From the IMG/VR virus record IMGVR_UViG_3300042321_002027: a stretch of DNA of 64,000 nucleotides, one strand, 5' to 3'. The notes below the pieces were generated by a model. The model did not search any database and was not told the DNA's origin. It was given only the letters and a program-made list of their open reading frames with translations. Below are positions 17,018 through 27,045 of the stretch, in pieces; the stretch's first letter is position 1, and the number at the start of each line of letters is the position of its first letter. Both the position numbers and the translations under genes were made by a program. This stretch comes from a virus.

Positions 17018-17680
17018 TTAAGAAGTAAATAATTCTATCACTCTATTAACATACCGAGAACGCTCCATGACGAAAGTCTGGGGCGTTCTTTCGTTATCTA
17101 CAGTTAAAATAATTACAATTTGAGGAACAGATATGCTGTAGATGCGTTCAAACATCATTGAGTATACAGTTGACTGTAGGAAATAGCTTTCAATCCATTC
17201 CTCTTTCTTTAACTTTTTCGATGTTTTAAAATCAATGATAGAAACTTTTCCGTCATATTCAGCTACCAAGTCTGTTCTACCAGCGCAACCAAGTGCCTTA
17301 GAACACAACGGTAGTTCTACTCCGAGAATATTATCTACATGGGCGTCCAGCGCGGACTTGATAGGTTGGAACGACTCGACATTAACAGGCATCTCATTTT
17401 GATAAATGTTCTCTTCATTGAGAACATAACGCTCTGCTATCTTGTGAATAGAGTTTCCCCTACGTGTTGATTGCGCAGAGATCCTGTTAGCTTCTTCCTC
17501 ACCAACCCTCTTGCGCCATTCTAACAAAGCAGTTTTATCGAGTTTCTCTGATAAAATTGTAGTGACTGACTTGAGCTTAGTTACGCCATCGGGCAGCACA
17601 TAGTAGCGCTGCCCGTTGATTGTTTGTGTTGTCAAACTGATCTGAGGGACCAGTGTATGTTTAAATTCTTTACGCGACAA
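17018..17680 (-). CDS. PD-(D/E)XK exonuclease (T4-like phage exonuclease)
   Basis: SVTTIL, RG..IH, AGRTD, IIDFKTS, Q...Y. Confidence 0.85.
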   Translation of the reverse strand: MSRKEFKHTLVPQISLTTQTINGQRYYVLPDGVTKLKSVTTILSEKLDKTALLEWRKRVGEEEANRISAQSTRRGNSIHKIAERYVLNEENIYQNEMPVNVESFQPIKSALDAHVDNILGVELPLCSKALGCAGRTDLVAEYDGKVSIIDFKTSKKLKKEEWIESYFLQSTVYSMMFERIYSISVPQIVIILTVDNERTPQTFVMERSRYVNRVIELFTS

Positions 17681-18425
17681 TTCCTAATCTGTCCTTCCAT
17701 ATAATATAATCTTTCACCATGGAACTACGGACTATATCATTTTCATCAAAGTCTATAAAAGCAAAAGATTTCATTTTGTCAACAATTCTCATAAACTGAG
17801 GCAATCCATTTTTTTCATGATCTTTAGTAAAATCAGATTGCCTAAAGTCGCCTGAGAATATAATCTTACAGTTCTTACCTACGCGAGTAATTACTGAATC
17901 AAGTTCATGTAGTGTCATGTTAGCGATTTCATCAACAATAATAATGCAATTGTTGAGAGTGATACCACGTATAAAAGAGGTAGAAATAAAATCAACCAAC
18001 CCCTTTTGCTTGAGGTATTCATATGAATCTCCACGCCCAAACAGTTCTGTACATATTGCATAGTACGGAGCTTCATACACCTTGGCTTTTTCTTTAGAAT
18101 TGCCTGGAAGAAATCCCATATCTCTAGTAGGCACAACACTTCTAACAATTATAACTTTTTTATACGGACCATCCACCTCAGTTATAATTTGTTGGAGCGC
18201 AAGATACATGGAAATAAAACTTTTACCAGTACCTGCTATACCATGAAGCATTAGGTTTTTGCCTGCATCATAGGCTTCAAAAGATTCTCTTTGGTGTTTA
18301 GTTAGTGGTTCTATTTTTTTTAATTGGAAGTTTAGCTTTTCTTGATAGCTGTTATCATTATTGTTATTATTATTTTGCCTAATAAGTCTTTTTTCTTTTC
18401 TTGATAGCTTTTTCTTTTCTTCCAT
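17670..18425 (-). CDS. phoH: PhoH-family ATPase
   Basis: G.AGTGKS, GFLPG, RG.TL, DE..N, GD..QSD. Confidence 0.92.
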   Translation of the reverse strand: MEEKKKLSRKEKRLIRQNNNNNNDNSYQEKLNFQLKKIEPLTKHQRESFEAYDAGKNLMLHGIAGTGKSFISMYLALQQIITEVDGPYKKVIIVRSVVPTRDMGFLPGNSKEKAKVYEAPYYAICTELFGRGDSYEYLKQKGLVDFISTSFIRGITLNNCIIIVDEIANMTLHELDSVITRVGKNCKIIFSGDFRQSDFTKDHEKNGLPQFMRIVDKMKSFAFIDFDENDIVRSSMVKDYIIWKDRLGIVA

Positions 18426-18434
18426 TTTGTCCTA

Positions 18435-18686
18435 CTAAAAAGTATTAACTGTACTCCTTGTGATACCTCTAGAATTTCTTCTTTTAATATCTTTCAGCAA
18501 GTCTCGGAAACCGTTATCCGGCTTTCCCAATCCTCTGCCTGAATGGATTAACGGAGCACCGTTAACTAATTGTGTTATGTTTTGATTGCTCTTGAGGTAT
18601 TCATCAAGATCAGATATGGTCATAAAGTCTTCAAACTCTTCGCCAGTATCATTGTTTATGAATCTATATGTTGGCATCATTCCCAA
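18435..18686 (-). CDS. FmdB-like small protein
   Basis: MPTY.F....TGE.FE. Confidence 0.55.
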   Translation of the reverse strand: MGMMPTYRFINNDTGEEFEDFMTISDLDEYLKSNQNITQLVNGAPLIHSGRGLGKPDNGFRDLLKDIKRRNSRGITRSTVNTF

Positions 18687-18833
18687 TCATTATTTTCGTC
18701 ATTTTCAATTAGTACACTAATGTCTTTAGTTCTTAGTGCACGCTCAATTCTTCGTTGCTTACGTTTATCTACTTTATTCTTATGATCTATGTATTCATCT
18801 TCATCGTCGTAAGAATAATCGTTCTTTTTAAAT

Positions 18834-19265
18834 TTACGCAGCGTTTGTTTGCTCATTTAGAATAAGTCCCGGTAATGCCTCTGTTACGTGTTGAATTGTA
18901 ATGCCCTTCATAGGCTTCTTGTCCTTGAAAAGGCAAATCATCTCTGCATCCTTTGGCGCTATACGTTCTAGAAATTCTACGAACATAGTTTCGCGCTTCA
19001 TCGAAGGGAGATTATCGTGAAATCCTTTGATAAAGTACCTTAGCTTTTCACAATCTTTAATAAGAACGTGCTCTTGGTCTACTAAATCATTGGGTTTGTA
19101 TGGTGGTGTTCCTTCTGGTAACTCCCACTGTACATTAGGATCATATCCTGCTTGGAGTACAATTCTCAAAACAAGACTATCATTTGCTCTGATAGCATCA
19201 ATCTTTTCTTGAGTTCTCTTTAACTTACCTACTTTTTCTAGGAACTCAGCTACACCAATTACCAT
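18834..19265 (-). CDS. conserved T4-like phage hypothetical protein
   Basis: W.LPEGTPPY, KRE.MF...LE. Confidence 0.7.
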   Translation of the reverse strand: MVIGVAEFLEKVGKLKRTQEKIDAIRANDSLVLRIVLQAGYDPNVQWELPEGTPPYKPNDLVDQEHVLIKDCEKLRYFIKGFHDNLPSMKRETMFVEFLERIAPKDAEMICLFKDKKPMKGITIQHVTEALPGLILNEQTNAA

Positions 19266-20125
19266 TAAAATTCTCCAATATGTTCAGTTAAATTGCGAAG
19301 TCTATTCGCGATAAAATAATTCATCAGCTTTGAACGATCTTTATTATCCTGCGAGTAATAAGATTCCATTACCTTCAAACGAATATCTTCTGGAACATGG
19401 TCCAAGTCGATAAGCTGTTCGTTACGGAAGTAATTACGAGCAATGTTAGTTTCCATCTCATTTGGTTGAATCTTGAGATAGTATTCGATTTTCTTAGCAG
19501 TAAGCGGACGCTGACGCTCACCGATAACAAAACAGTTGTCAGAAGAAAGAATGTTGGGAACACCATCACTAGAATCTCCCTTCAAGATATGTTCTCTCTT
19601 GTACGAGAAAGGATCAGGGTGAACGATCCACTTTTTGCGAGTAGGATCATACTGCTTGACGTTGCCGTAGGAATGCAGTTGAATAAAATCTTTGTCGCCA
19701 GAAAGAATTAATACCTTACTTTCTTGGGGAGCATCCTGCAATGCTGCTGAGAATACCAGTGTAGCAATGACGTCATCTGCTTCGGCAGACTCAATATCAA
19801 TTACTCTGTAAGGGAAATATTCTTTTAGCTCAGAACGAATCTTATTCAGGCATTCGAATACTGCCTTCCAGTCAACTTCTGACTTTTCTTGAGCTTTCTT
19901 TCTATTGGCCTTATAGTAAGGAAATACTTTCCTGCGCCAATAATTCGTATTATCGCAAGCGATAACTAATTCTCCGTACTCTGAGAAAAATTTAGTTCTG
20001 TATGAACGCAAGGAATTTAGAATCATATGTCTTACCATATTTTCTTCTATCTGTGCGTTAGTATGGTTGCCAAGTTGCATTAATAGATTCGAAAGCATAA
20101 CTTGATTAAGGTCAACAATAATCAT
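19265..20125 (-). CDS. rnh: RNase H / 5'-3' exonuclease (T4 rnh)
   Basis: YWRR...P.YKANRK, EADD, S.DKDF.QL, GD.SDGVPN. Confidence 0.92.
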   Translation of the reverse strand: MIIVDLNQVMLSNLLMQLGNHTNAQIEENMVRHMILNSLRSYRTKFFSEYGELVIACDNTNYWRRKVFPYYKANRKKAQEKSEVDWKAVFECLNKIRSELKEYFPYRVIDIESAEADDVIATLVFSAALQDAPQESKVLILSGDKDFIQLHSYGNVKQYDPTRKKWIVHPDPFSYKREHILKGDSSDGVPNILSSDNCFVIGERQRPLTAKKIEYYLKIQPNEMETNIARNYFRNEQLIDLDHVPEDIRLKVMESYYSQDNKDRSKLMNYFIANRLRNLTEHIGEF

Positions 20126-20142
20126 AATATCACCTATGAAGA

Positions 20143-20523
20143 TTAATCTTCTTCTTTCAATTTAATATTTAAGCTGTTAACTATATTTAGTGTTTCAGGC
20201 TCTTTATCATCGGCTTCGAAAACATTCTTAGCTAATGTTTGAAAAGGATGTTCGATTCCATAAAACTTACACATAAAAGATCTAATCGATTCTACAATCA
20301 AAGCACCATCCTTTATTGATTCATCTTCTGATGGATCTTCTTCATCAAGCGAAAATCCGGAAATATCTAACTGGTTGAATATCATTGGAATAACATTCGT
20401 CAATGTTTCTTGAATATGAAATTGTTTCATCATGTCCAAATTGTGTGATATATTTTCCGGTGTGACATTTTGTTTAGGGCCAGAGTAAGGTTTCGGGAAG
20501 GTTACTACATTGTTGCTAATCAT
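20143..20523 (-). CDS. hypothetical protein
   Basis: ORF track; upstream sigma70-like promoter. Confidence 0.6.
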   Translation of the reverse strand: MISNNVVTFPKPYSGPKQNVTPENISHNLDMMKQFHIQETLTNVIPMIFNQLDISGFSLDEEDPSEDESIKDGALIVESIRSFMCKFYGIEHPFQTLAKNVFEADDKEPETLNIVNSLNIKLKEED

Positions 20524-20590
20524 TTATAATCCAGTCTTATACATTGTTATTATACCATCCTTTTGTATATTTGTCAATGTATTTATTAAT

Positions 20591-21568
20591 TTAGCAACTA
20601 GATATAATCGTCGATCCTTGTTCAACGAATTTGAAGTCATAAACCTTACAGCTAGATTCGTGAGTAACAGCATGGATAACTTTTTCTCTGTGGTCAGGTT
20701 TCACATAGAATAAAAAGAATCCTCCACCGCCAGCGCCAAGCAGTTTGCCGCCAATAGCTCCAGCCTTCAAAGCTTTGTCGTAGATAACATCGAAATAATC
20801 GTTGGTGATCTCTTTTGCCAATCCCTTTTTGTCCATCCAAGCATCATGAAACAATGCTCCGAAATCGTCAATCAAACCAGCAGAGAAAAGATTAGCCCCA
20901 ACGAAAGCTCTATCTCTGTTTCGTGCTACTAGCTTGAATTTATCTTTTTCGTCCATAGCTGCAGCTTGTTTTTGTAAAATACTATTAGCTGATCTACCAC
21001 GACCACTATAGATAAGCAGGAGATTGTTCTGTAACTTGTTCCAACTTTCATTATTGTTAACAACAGGTTTAACAGTTACCACATCATCTGTTTCAAATTG
21101 AAAAACGTTTAACCCACCATAAGCTGCTGCATATTGATCCTGTTTACCAACAGGAAACTTACACATATTTCTTTCAATATGATATGCTGTTTGTGCTAAA
21201 TGTTCTCTGGTGTAGTTACCTTCAGCCAAACAATTTAGCAATCCTGTAGTAAAGGCTGAAGAAGAACCAAGACCAGAACCCCTCGACAAAATATCAGAGA
21301 TAGAAGCAATTGTTACATCGTTGTCGATATTAAAATGCTTCAAGCTTTCTCTTGTAATAGCATGCTGCATAAGTTCAATGTCAGCTGTTTGCTCAATTGT
21401 ATCATACATTGTTTTGATACCAAGGTGTGGAGTTTTGTGCATCATAACATATATGTACTTGTTGATTGTAACTGACAGAGCAGCACCTCGTTCTCTAAGA
21501 AAGAACGAGGGCATATCACTACCACCGCTGAAGAAGCTGATACGTAGAGGAGTTCTGGAAATAATCAT
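20591..21568 (-). CDS. hddA: D-glycero-alpha-D-manno-heptose-7-phosphate kinase (GHMP kinase)
   Basis: TPLRISF..GGSD, GSGLGSSS, GKQDQYAAAYGG, GKLLGAGGGG. Confidence 0.88.
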   Translation of the reverse strand: MIISRTPLRISFFSGGSDMPSFFLRERGAALSVTINKYIYVMMHKTPHLGIKTMYDTIEQTADIELMQHAITRESLKHFNIDNDVTIASISDILSRGSGLGSSSAFTTGLLNCLAEGNYTREHLAQTAYHIERNMCKFPVGKQDQYAAAYGGLNVFQFETDDVVTVKPVVNNNESWNKLQNNLLLIYSGRGRSANSILQKQAAAMDEKDKFKLVARNRDRAFVGANLFSAGLIDDFGALFHDAWMDKKGLAKEITNDYFDVIYDKALKAGAIGGKLLGAGGGGFFLFYVKPDHREKVIHAVTHESSCKVYDFKFVEQGSTIISSC

Positions 21569-22578
21569 AGATGGTTAGTCCTGTAAATAAACATTTCCTT
21601 CTTTGCCTTTCGGCTGTCGACAGTAGGGTATCTCCACTTTAAATCGCCAAGCATTGTTTCCCACTGCCCAACAATTCTGTTGATATTATATCTACTATCA
21701 ACATAGATCTTGTTAAAGTTGATCATGTTTTCATAATTGTCAGAATTAATCATTTGAATAGCAGCACCCAAATGCTGTACCAAAATTTGTCCATGATGAT
21801 TTCTGTCTTCCATGTCGCCGCGATACATGATATTCAACATACCAGAAGTTTCAGGCAATGCACCATAGCTTGTATGGACGCAAACCAAACCAGCAGACAT
21901 AGCTTCTAGCATAGCACGACAGCTAGTTTCCTGCCAAATAGAAGGATAAGCGAAAATGTGACACTTGTTGATAAACTCTTTCAGTTCCGCATTAGGTTTA
22001 TAGCCATGATACGTCATTTGCGGATGGTTACGAATTTCATTATACAATGGTTCGTACTGCTTGTCCATCTGATCCCAACCATAAATCTTAAAGCTAGAGA
22101 AAACATGCAAGTGAATGTTGGGATTATTTTGCGCCAAGAACTTAAACACAGGTACAAGAATCTCTAAACCTCTCTGTGGTGTAGAAGTGTACACAATGTG
22201 AATTTTACCATCATCAGGTTTATTTAATGCTGATTGTGGAGCGGGTTCAATACCAGATTCAATAACGTCTGACTTACCATCATACTTAACGCCATGAAAT
22301 AGCTGATAACGTTGAAACTGCCAGTTTGAAATAAAAATGTACTTGTGTATATTTCTTTGGAACTCAGCATCTTTAAACTTGGCTGACTCAGGATCTTCAG
22401 GCAAATCATGACACCAAAACACTCGAAGCTTTTCTGGCTGATATTCTCTAAGCCGAGAACAAATAATCTGACTTTCCTGTAGAAGTTCTGGGTTGATTAA
22501 CTCAGCTAGTCTGCGCTTGGCGATTTCAGTTCCGCCATTAGCATTCTTGGAAATTTCGTTTTCTTCAAATCCACTCAT
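21565..22578 (-). CDS. GT-B (GT4-like) glycosyltransferase
   Basis: GGTE, YTSTP.RGL, YPS.W.ETSC...LEAMSAG. Confidence 0.82.
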   Translation of the reverse strand: MSGFEENEISKNANGGTEIAKRRLAELINPELLQESQIICSRLREYQPEKLRVFWCHDLPEDPESAKFKDAEFQRNIHKYIFISNWQFQRYQLFHGVKYDGKSDVIESGIEPAPQSALNKPDDGKIHIVYTSTPQRGLEILVPVFKFLAQNNPNIHLHVFSSFKIYGWDQMDKQYEPLYNEIRNHPQMTYHGYKPNAELKEFINKCHIFAYPSIWQETSCRAMLEAMSAGLVCVHTSYGALPETSGMLNIMYRGDMEDRNHHGQILVQHLGAAIQMINSDNYENMINFNKIYVDSRYNINRIVGQWETMLGDLKWRYPTVDSRKAKKEMFIYRTNHL

Positions 22579-23294
22579 AGAACATATCCCGACTTTTGTG
22601 CATCATTGTAAAACATTTGAACAGTTTCCATCGAGTATTCTTCGAGGTTCTTGTTCTGTAATGAAAACTTCTTGATCTGATCAGGAGTCATCGTAATGAT
22701 GTCACAACCAGAACGGTAAGCTTGAGTGTAATTAAACACTTCGCGACAAGAAGCCCAAAGGAAATTAGCCTTTGCGTCTCTGTCTAAACTCAAACACTTA
22801 GTAACGATCTTTTCTGGATCACGTAAAGTGTCAGCAATTCTACCAGCGAAAATAGAAATAATTACTGAACCAGTTACATCTTGAATTTGCTCTAGAATAT
22901 CCATTGTCTGATGCTCTGTAAACACAGCAGTAACATTTACGTTGATGCCGTCTCTAGCAAGATCGCCAATAAGATTGTAGTTAGAAACTCCCTTGGTGTT
23001 CATTACAGGAATCTTAACATATACCTTGAAGTCGTACTTGTCTCCCCAACCTGCAATAATCTTTGCCTGACGAAGCATTTCGTCTTGCTCGTCAGCAAAA
23101 ACTTCTAAGCTGATGTTTGTATCAGGTCTAATATCTTTTAAGTGAGGGATAATATCGTTGGCAAACTTTGAAAAGTCTGTGACTCCAGCAGCCTTCATCA
23201 AGGTAGGATTGGTAGTAAATCCCTTGATGTTCTTGTTCATTGCTGCATCTATAATACCATTATAATCTGCGCCATCGGCGTACACATCAATCAT
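22575..23294 (-). CDS. tal: transaldolase (TalC/Fsa type)
   Basis: GFTTNPTL, SLEV, VYVKIP, NVTAVF, S.FAGR. Confidence 0.9.
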   Translation of the reverse strand: MIDVYADGADYNGIIDAAMNKNIKGFTTNPTLMKAAGVTDFSKFANDIIPHLKDIRPDTNISLEVFADEQDEMLRQAKIIAGWGDKYDFKVYVKIPVMNTKGVSNYNLIGDLARDGINVNVTAVFTEHQTMDILEQIQDVTGSVIISIFAGRIADTLRDPEKIVTKCLSLDRDAKANFLWASCREVFNYTQAYRSGCDIITMTPDQIKKFSLQNKNLEEYSMETVQMFYNDAQKSGYVL

Positions 23295-23303
23295 TCATAA
23301 CTC

Positions 23304-23852
23304 CTAAATTAAAAAGCTTGCCCGCCATAAACTATCAGTAATATAATCAGGCTTTATATCACCATACTTATCTTTGTAATCTTGTTTAAGATTCCACTCT
23401 TTGTTTTCTAACCACTTATCATTTACCCATATTGTATTTATACCAGCCCTGTTACCAGCAATTATATCTTTGTCACTATCGCCAATAAAATAACATTGTA
23501 CAGGATCAGCATCGTAATATTCCAAACCTCCCAACAACATACCAGGATTAGGTTTGTAGTCTGGTGCACCTCTAGTATGAGCCATGTACAATTCATCAAT
23601 TTCAAAATCTGATCTGATCTTGTTATGGATTGCGTTTAGATTATCCCAAGTCATATAGCCATCTTTAACGTCTGGCTGATTAGTTGCTATGATTATAATA
23701 TAACCTTTATTTTTAATATTATAAAAAGCTTCTTGAACCTTAGGTAGGTATTCAAACTGTTCTAAGGTCCATGGCGCACAAGCAGTTATACCATCACGAG
23801 GAATTAACTTGTTAATTACACCGTCTCTATCAATGAAACAAATTTTTACCAT
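23304..23852 (-). CDS. gmhB: D,D-heptose-1,7-bisphosphate phosphatase (HAD)
   Basis: DRDGVIN, TNQP, KPNPGML, IGD...DI.AG. Confidence 0.85.
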   Translation of the reverse strand: MVKICFIDRDGVINKLIPRDGITACAPWTLEQFEYLPKVQEAFYNIKNKGYIIIIATNQPDVKDGYMTWDNLNAIHNKIRSDFEIDELYMAHTRGAPDYKPNPGMLLGGLEYYDADPVQCYFIGDSDKDIIAGNRAGINTIWVNDKWLENKEWNLKQDYKDKYGDIKPDYITDSLWRASFLI

Positions 23853-24430
23853 TTAGTAGAGTTTTCTTGTAATTTAGGATTTGAAACGATACAATGCCAA
23901 ACAACAGCTTGAAATGCTTCGCTATGAGGAGTAATTCGTTTAGGTTCAACATCAGGCACAACTACGCAAAGATCCGCATTCTTAGCAATGTAACCATCCT
24001 TTTTACCAACAATACCAAACACCTGTCCTCTGTTTGCCTTAGCAAATTGAGCAGCATTAATGATACCAACAGAAACATTCTTTTCCTTATCACCACCACC
24101 AACTGACAAAACAAAGATAGCATCGTTTTCGCCAAAGTTGCTGACAGCAAGGTATCTGTCAAATACAGTATGAAACCCTTCATCATTTGTACGAGCAGTC
24201 AACTCAGGCACGTTGTCAGTTGGACAATAAGCTTCAATGTTACATAGCTTACGTAGGTCATTGACCATGTGAGAAGCATTACCAGCGGAACCACCTACGC
24301 CAATAACAAATACACGACCATTTTTTTCTCTAAGAATATTTAATTCTGTAACAATCTTTTCAATTGTGTTCTTATTAATTTGCGATGCTATATTTACAAC
24401 TTCTTCGAAAAATTGATCACTGAAACTCAT
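23846..24430 (-). CDS. gmhA: sedoheptulose-7-phosphate isomerase (SIS domain)
   Basis: G.GGSA.NASH, TAR.ND.G. Confidence 0.85.
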   Translation of the reverse strand: MSFSDQFFEEVVNIASQINKNTIEKIVTELNILREKNGRVFVIGVGGSAGNASHMVNDLRKLCNIEAYCPTDNVPELTARTNDEGFHTVFDRYLAVSNFGENDAIFVLSVGGGDKEKNVSVGIINAAQFAKANRGQVFGIVGKKDGYIAKNADLCVVVPDVEPKRITPHSEAFQAVVWHCIVSNPKLQENSTKW

Positions 24431-24831
24431 TTCAATCTTCTCCTCAATTCGCTTGAACTATAATTATGTAGTCTGCTATTGTAGTGAATTCGGATTTCTC
24501 TTCGTTCACAAATATCTTCACCTGTTAAACAAGTGCCTTCATATTCTTGGCCAACGAATCTAACATGTATATCTTCTATAGCCAGAAGGTTTATTAAATC
24601 TTCTTCGGTTTCATACGGAATCACTTCGTCAACGTATGTGCATCCCCTCAACTGTATATATCTTTCATATACAGATTGAACAGGTTTGTTTTTCTCAGGT
24701 CGATCTTTTGATGGATCGACCTGAAGACCAACTACTAGATAATCGCAGTGTTGCTTACACTCCGCAAGCATCGCTACATGACCAGCATGTAATAGATCAA
24801 ATGTGCTGCAGGTGAAGCCAACTACCAACAC
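24427..24831 (-). CDS. cytidylyltransferase-family nucleotidyltransferase (TagD/RfaE domain II-like)
   Basis: FDLLHAGH, R.H.YSSS. Confidence 0.85.
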   Translation of the reverse strand: MLVVGFTCSTFDLLHAGHVAMLAECKQHCDYLVVGLQVDPSKDRPEKNKPVQSVYERYIQLRGCTYVDEVIPYETEEDLINLLAIEDIHVRFVGQEYEGTCLTGEDICERREIRIHYNSRLHNYSSSELRRRLK

Positions 24832-24832
24832 A

Positions 24833-25186
24833 TTATGCCTGTCTAGTTAGATATGTTTGGCGTACGCTTGTTGCTCCGAAATATTCCTCGACAAGACCAA
24901 TAACAACATCATTATCATAAGTCTTGCAAGAGAAGATATCGAAGTATGCAGTGTTATCTTCTTCAACGAAATGGACGCATATATTACTGGTCTCAATAAG
25001 CTGAACTAATGTATACCCTTCCTTACCACTATGACCGAACTTAACGATCTGTGGCTCACCATAAGCAACCATGTCAATATCCTTGACAAGCTGCTTGGCA
25101 AAATTATAAATGTTTTCTTTGCTTCTGATTGATTTTGGGTTAAGTCCAGCGCAATCGAGAATTAGGTGATAACCCCAGTATGACAT
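24833..25186 (-). CDS. speD: S-adenosylmethionine decarboxylase proenzyme
   Basis: G.HLILD, IETSNI..H, DIFSCK. Confidence 0.85.
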   Translation of the reverse strand: MSYWGYHLILDCAGLNPKSIRSKENIYNFAKQLVKDIDMVAYGEPQIVKFGHSGKEGYTLVQLIETSNICVHFVEEDNTAYFDIFSCKTYDNDVVIGLVEEYFGATSVRQTYLTRQA

Positions 25187-25233
25187 ACCATTTTAACTCC
25201 TATTAGTTGTTGAAAAATAGTTATTGAATTTGA

Positions 25234-25509
25234 TCAATAACCGTCGATAACCTGTAGGTACTCTACAGAGTCTATTCTGAATGAACGCCATCCACCTTTT
25301 TGGACATCCCATGCAGCAATTACATTAGGATTCTGTTGGTGAAATTCTTTTTCTTCAGATTGTTCTTGGATATTTTCGTTGTAGGATTTTGGTAAATGAC
25401 CTGGCATCAAAGTGCAACGCATAAGCCTTTGTTCACCATTGATTTTATTGAAAGAAACCTCAACAACATTTTCTCTCAAATCTTTAAGAATAGTATCACG
25501 ATTATACAT
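25234..25509 (-). CDS. WYL_2/DUF2693-like SH3-fold protein
   Basis: V.F.K.NGE.R.M.CTL, WD....GWRSFR. Confidence 0.75.
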   Translation of the reverse strand: MYNRDTILKDLRENVVEVSFNKINGEQRLMRCTLMPGHLPKSYNENIQEQSEEKEFHQQNPNVIAAWDVQKGGWRSFRIDSVEYLQVIDGY

Positions 25510-25510
25510 A

Positions 25511-25777
25511 TTATATTCCTTCAGTTAAGAATTTTCTGCTCTCTTGTAAAGTGTTATTTAACTTTTCTTTAAGCTGAACATAACCACCAATATTAAAGCC
25601 ATCAACGACAATGACAGGAAACGTTTTGGCTTCAGGAAACATTTCTAGAAGAGTTTCGCGTGTAAAATCTTCACCTAATTTCATTTCAGTAAAGGAAATA
25701 CCCTTGCTTGTTAAAAGCAACTTGGTGTTGGTGCAGTAAGAACAATTATCTTTGGTGTACAAAATTACATTCATCAT
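25511..25777 (-). CDS. grx: glutaredoxin
   Basis: CSYC, TFPVI, IGGY. Confidence 0.9.
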   Translation of the reverse strand: MMNVILYTKDNCSYCTNTKLLLTSKGISFTEMKLGEDFTRETLLEMFPEAKTFPVIVVDGFNIGGYVQLKEKLNNTLQESRKFLTEGI

Positions 25778-25827
25778 AACCTCTATTATAATACCATTTT
25801 GATTATTAGTAAAGCTTTATTTATCTG

Positions 25828-26388
25828 TTAATAGAATTCTACAATCTCATCCGCAATACCATACTTAACTGCTTCTTTAGCAGTAAGCCAAACATCTTCT
25901 GGCGGCAATAAATAAGTTTTGATTTGCTTGTCAGTTAATCCTGTACATCTTTTATAGTGTTCTATAATTCTCTCTTGTGTGTTGTTGAACTCTTTAACGC
26001 GAGCCATAAGCTCATGTTCTTTGCCCCAAGAACCCCAGCTGAATTGGTGTGATAAAATTGCTGTGTTTCTGGTAATAAATCTTTTGCCCTTTTCACCTGC
26101 GATAAAAGTTAACAATCCGCAGCTGGCAATTTCTCCAAGTCCGTAAGTATATACAGGTATTTTTGAACCTTTTATAGTATCAATTAACGCGAAGGCTGAA
26201 TTAACTTCTCCGCCAGGAGAGTTGATTATCAACTTCATCATCTTCGGTCTATCTTTGATAATTAAGTTTCTTTCAATAATAAACTTGATCAAGTCGCCAG
26301 TAGATTTAGAATTGAAGTCCTCGTTGAAGAGATAATAGTGATAATCTTCAATTGAGGGGATAGTTGGTTTTTCTTCTTTTATAATCAT
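25828..26388 (-). CDS. clpP: ClpP-like protease subunit
   Basis: INSPGGEV, ASCG (Ser), SHQ (His), D.WL.A.EA..YG..D. Confidence 0.85.
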   Translation of the reverse strand: MIIKEEKPTIPSIEDYHYYLFNEDFNSKSTGDLIKFIIERNLIIKDRPKMMKLIINSPGGEVNSAFALIDTIKGSKIPVYTYGLGEIASCGLLTFIAGEKGKRFITRNTAILSHQFSWGSWGKEHELMARVKEFNNTQERIIEHYKRCTGLTDKQIKTYLLPPEDVWLTAKEAVKYGIADEIVEFY

Positions 26389-26440
26389 TCTTTTCCCCTG
26401 AAAAAAGTAGTAGGAGTTTCCCCCTACTACTTATTGTGTT

Positions 26441-26794
26441 TTACAATACTTTAATTGTAACTACGCATACACCCTTACAACCGATTTTTCTAGCTGCAGC
26501 TCTAGAAAGATCAAGTGACCTACCTTTAATGAATGGTCCACGGTCATTGATCCGAACTATTACAGACCTACCCTTATAAGTGACTCTTACTTTAGTGCCG
26601 AACGGCAGAGTCCTATGGGCGGCGGTGAGAGCATTAGGATTAAATTTTTCGCCATTTGCGGTAATTTTGTGCCTACTGCATTCTCCGGGTTTAGCGCAAT
26701 CGTACCACGATGCCTTTACTTTGCCAGCATCAGCAGTAGGAACGTTAACAAACATAAATCCTACTGCAAGTAGTGAGAATAATAACTTTGACAT
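26441..26794 (-). CDS. rlpA: RlpA-like lytic transglycosylase (DPBB)
   Basis: [31 protein letters not shown]. Confidence 0.9.
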   Translation of the reverse strand: MSKLLFSLLAVGFMFVNVPTADAGKVKASWYDCAKPGECSRHKITANGEKFNPNALTAAHRTLPFGTKVRVTYKGRSVIVRINDRGPFIKGRSLDLSRAAARKIGCKGVCVVTIKVL

Positions 26795-26813
26795 TATTAT
26801 CTCCTTTCTTAGT

Positions 26814-26888
26814 TGGTGCGCCCGATAGGACTCGAACCTATACTCAGACAGTTATGAGCTGTCAGCTTCACCTTTAAGCTACAGGCGC
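26814..26888 (-). tRNA. tRNA-CAT (Ile2-like or Met)
   Basis: minus-strand cloverleaf, loop CT-CAT-AA, CCA. Confidence 0.88.
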
Positions 26889-27045
26889 GTTGGGTTTTGC
26901 TATGTATAAACATAGCGCGAAATTACACCTTTCGGTGCAATACCGGAATACCAATATTATTTATAGAAGCGGAGATTGTTGCGTATGACAAGGATGCTTA
27001 TGCCAATGACATAAGCACCCAGAATTGTCGGGATAATAAAATCCA

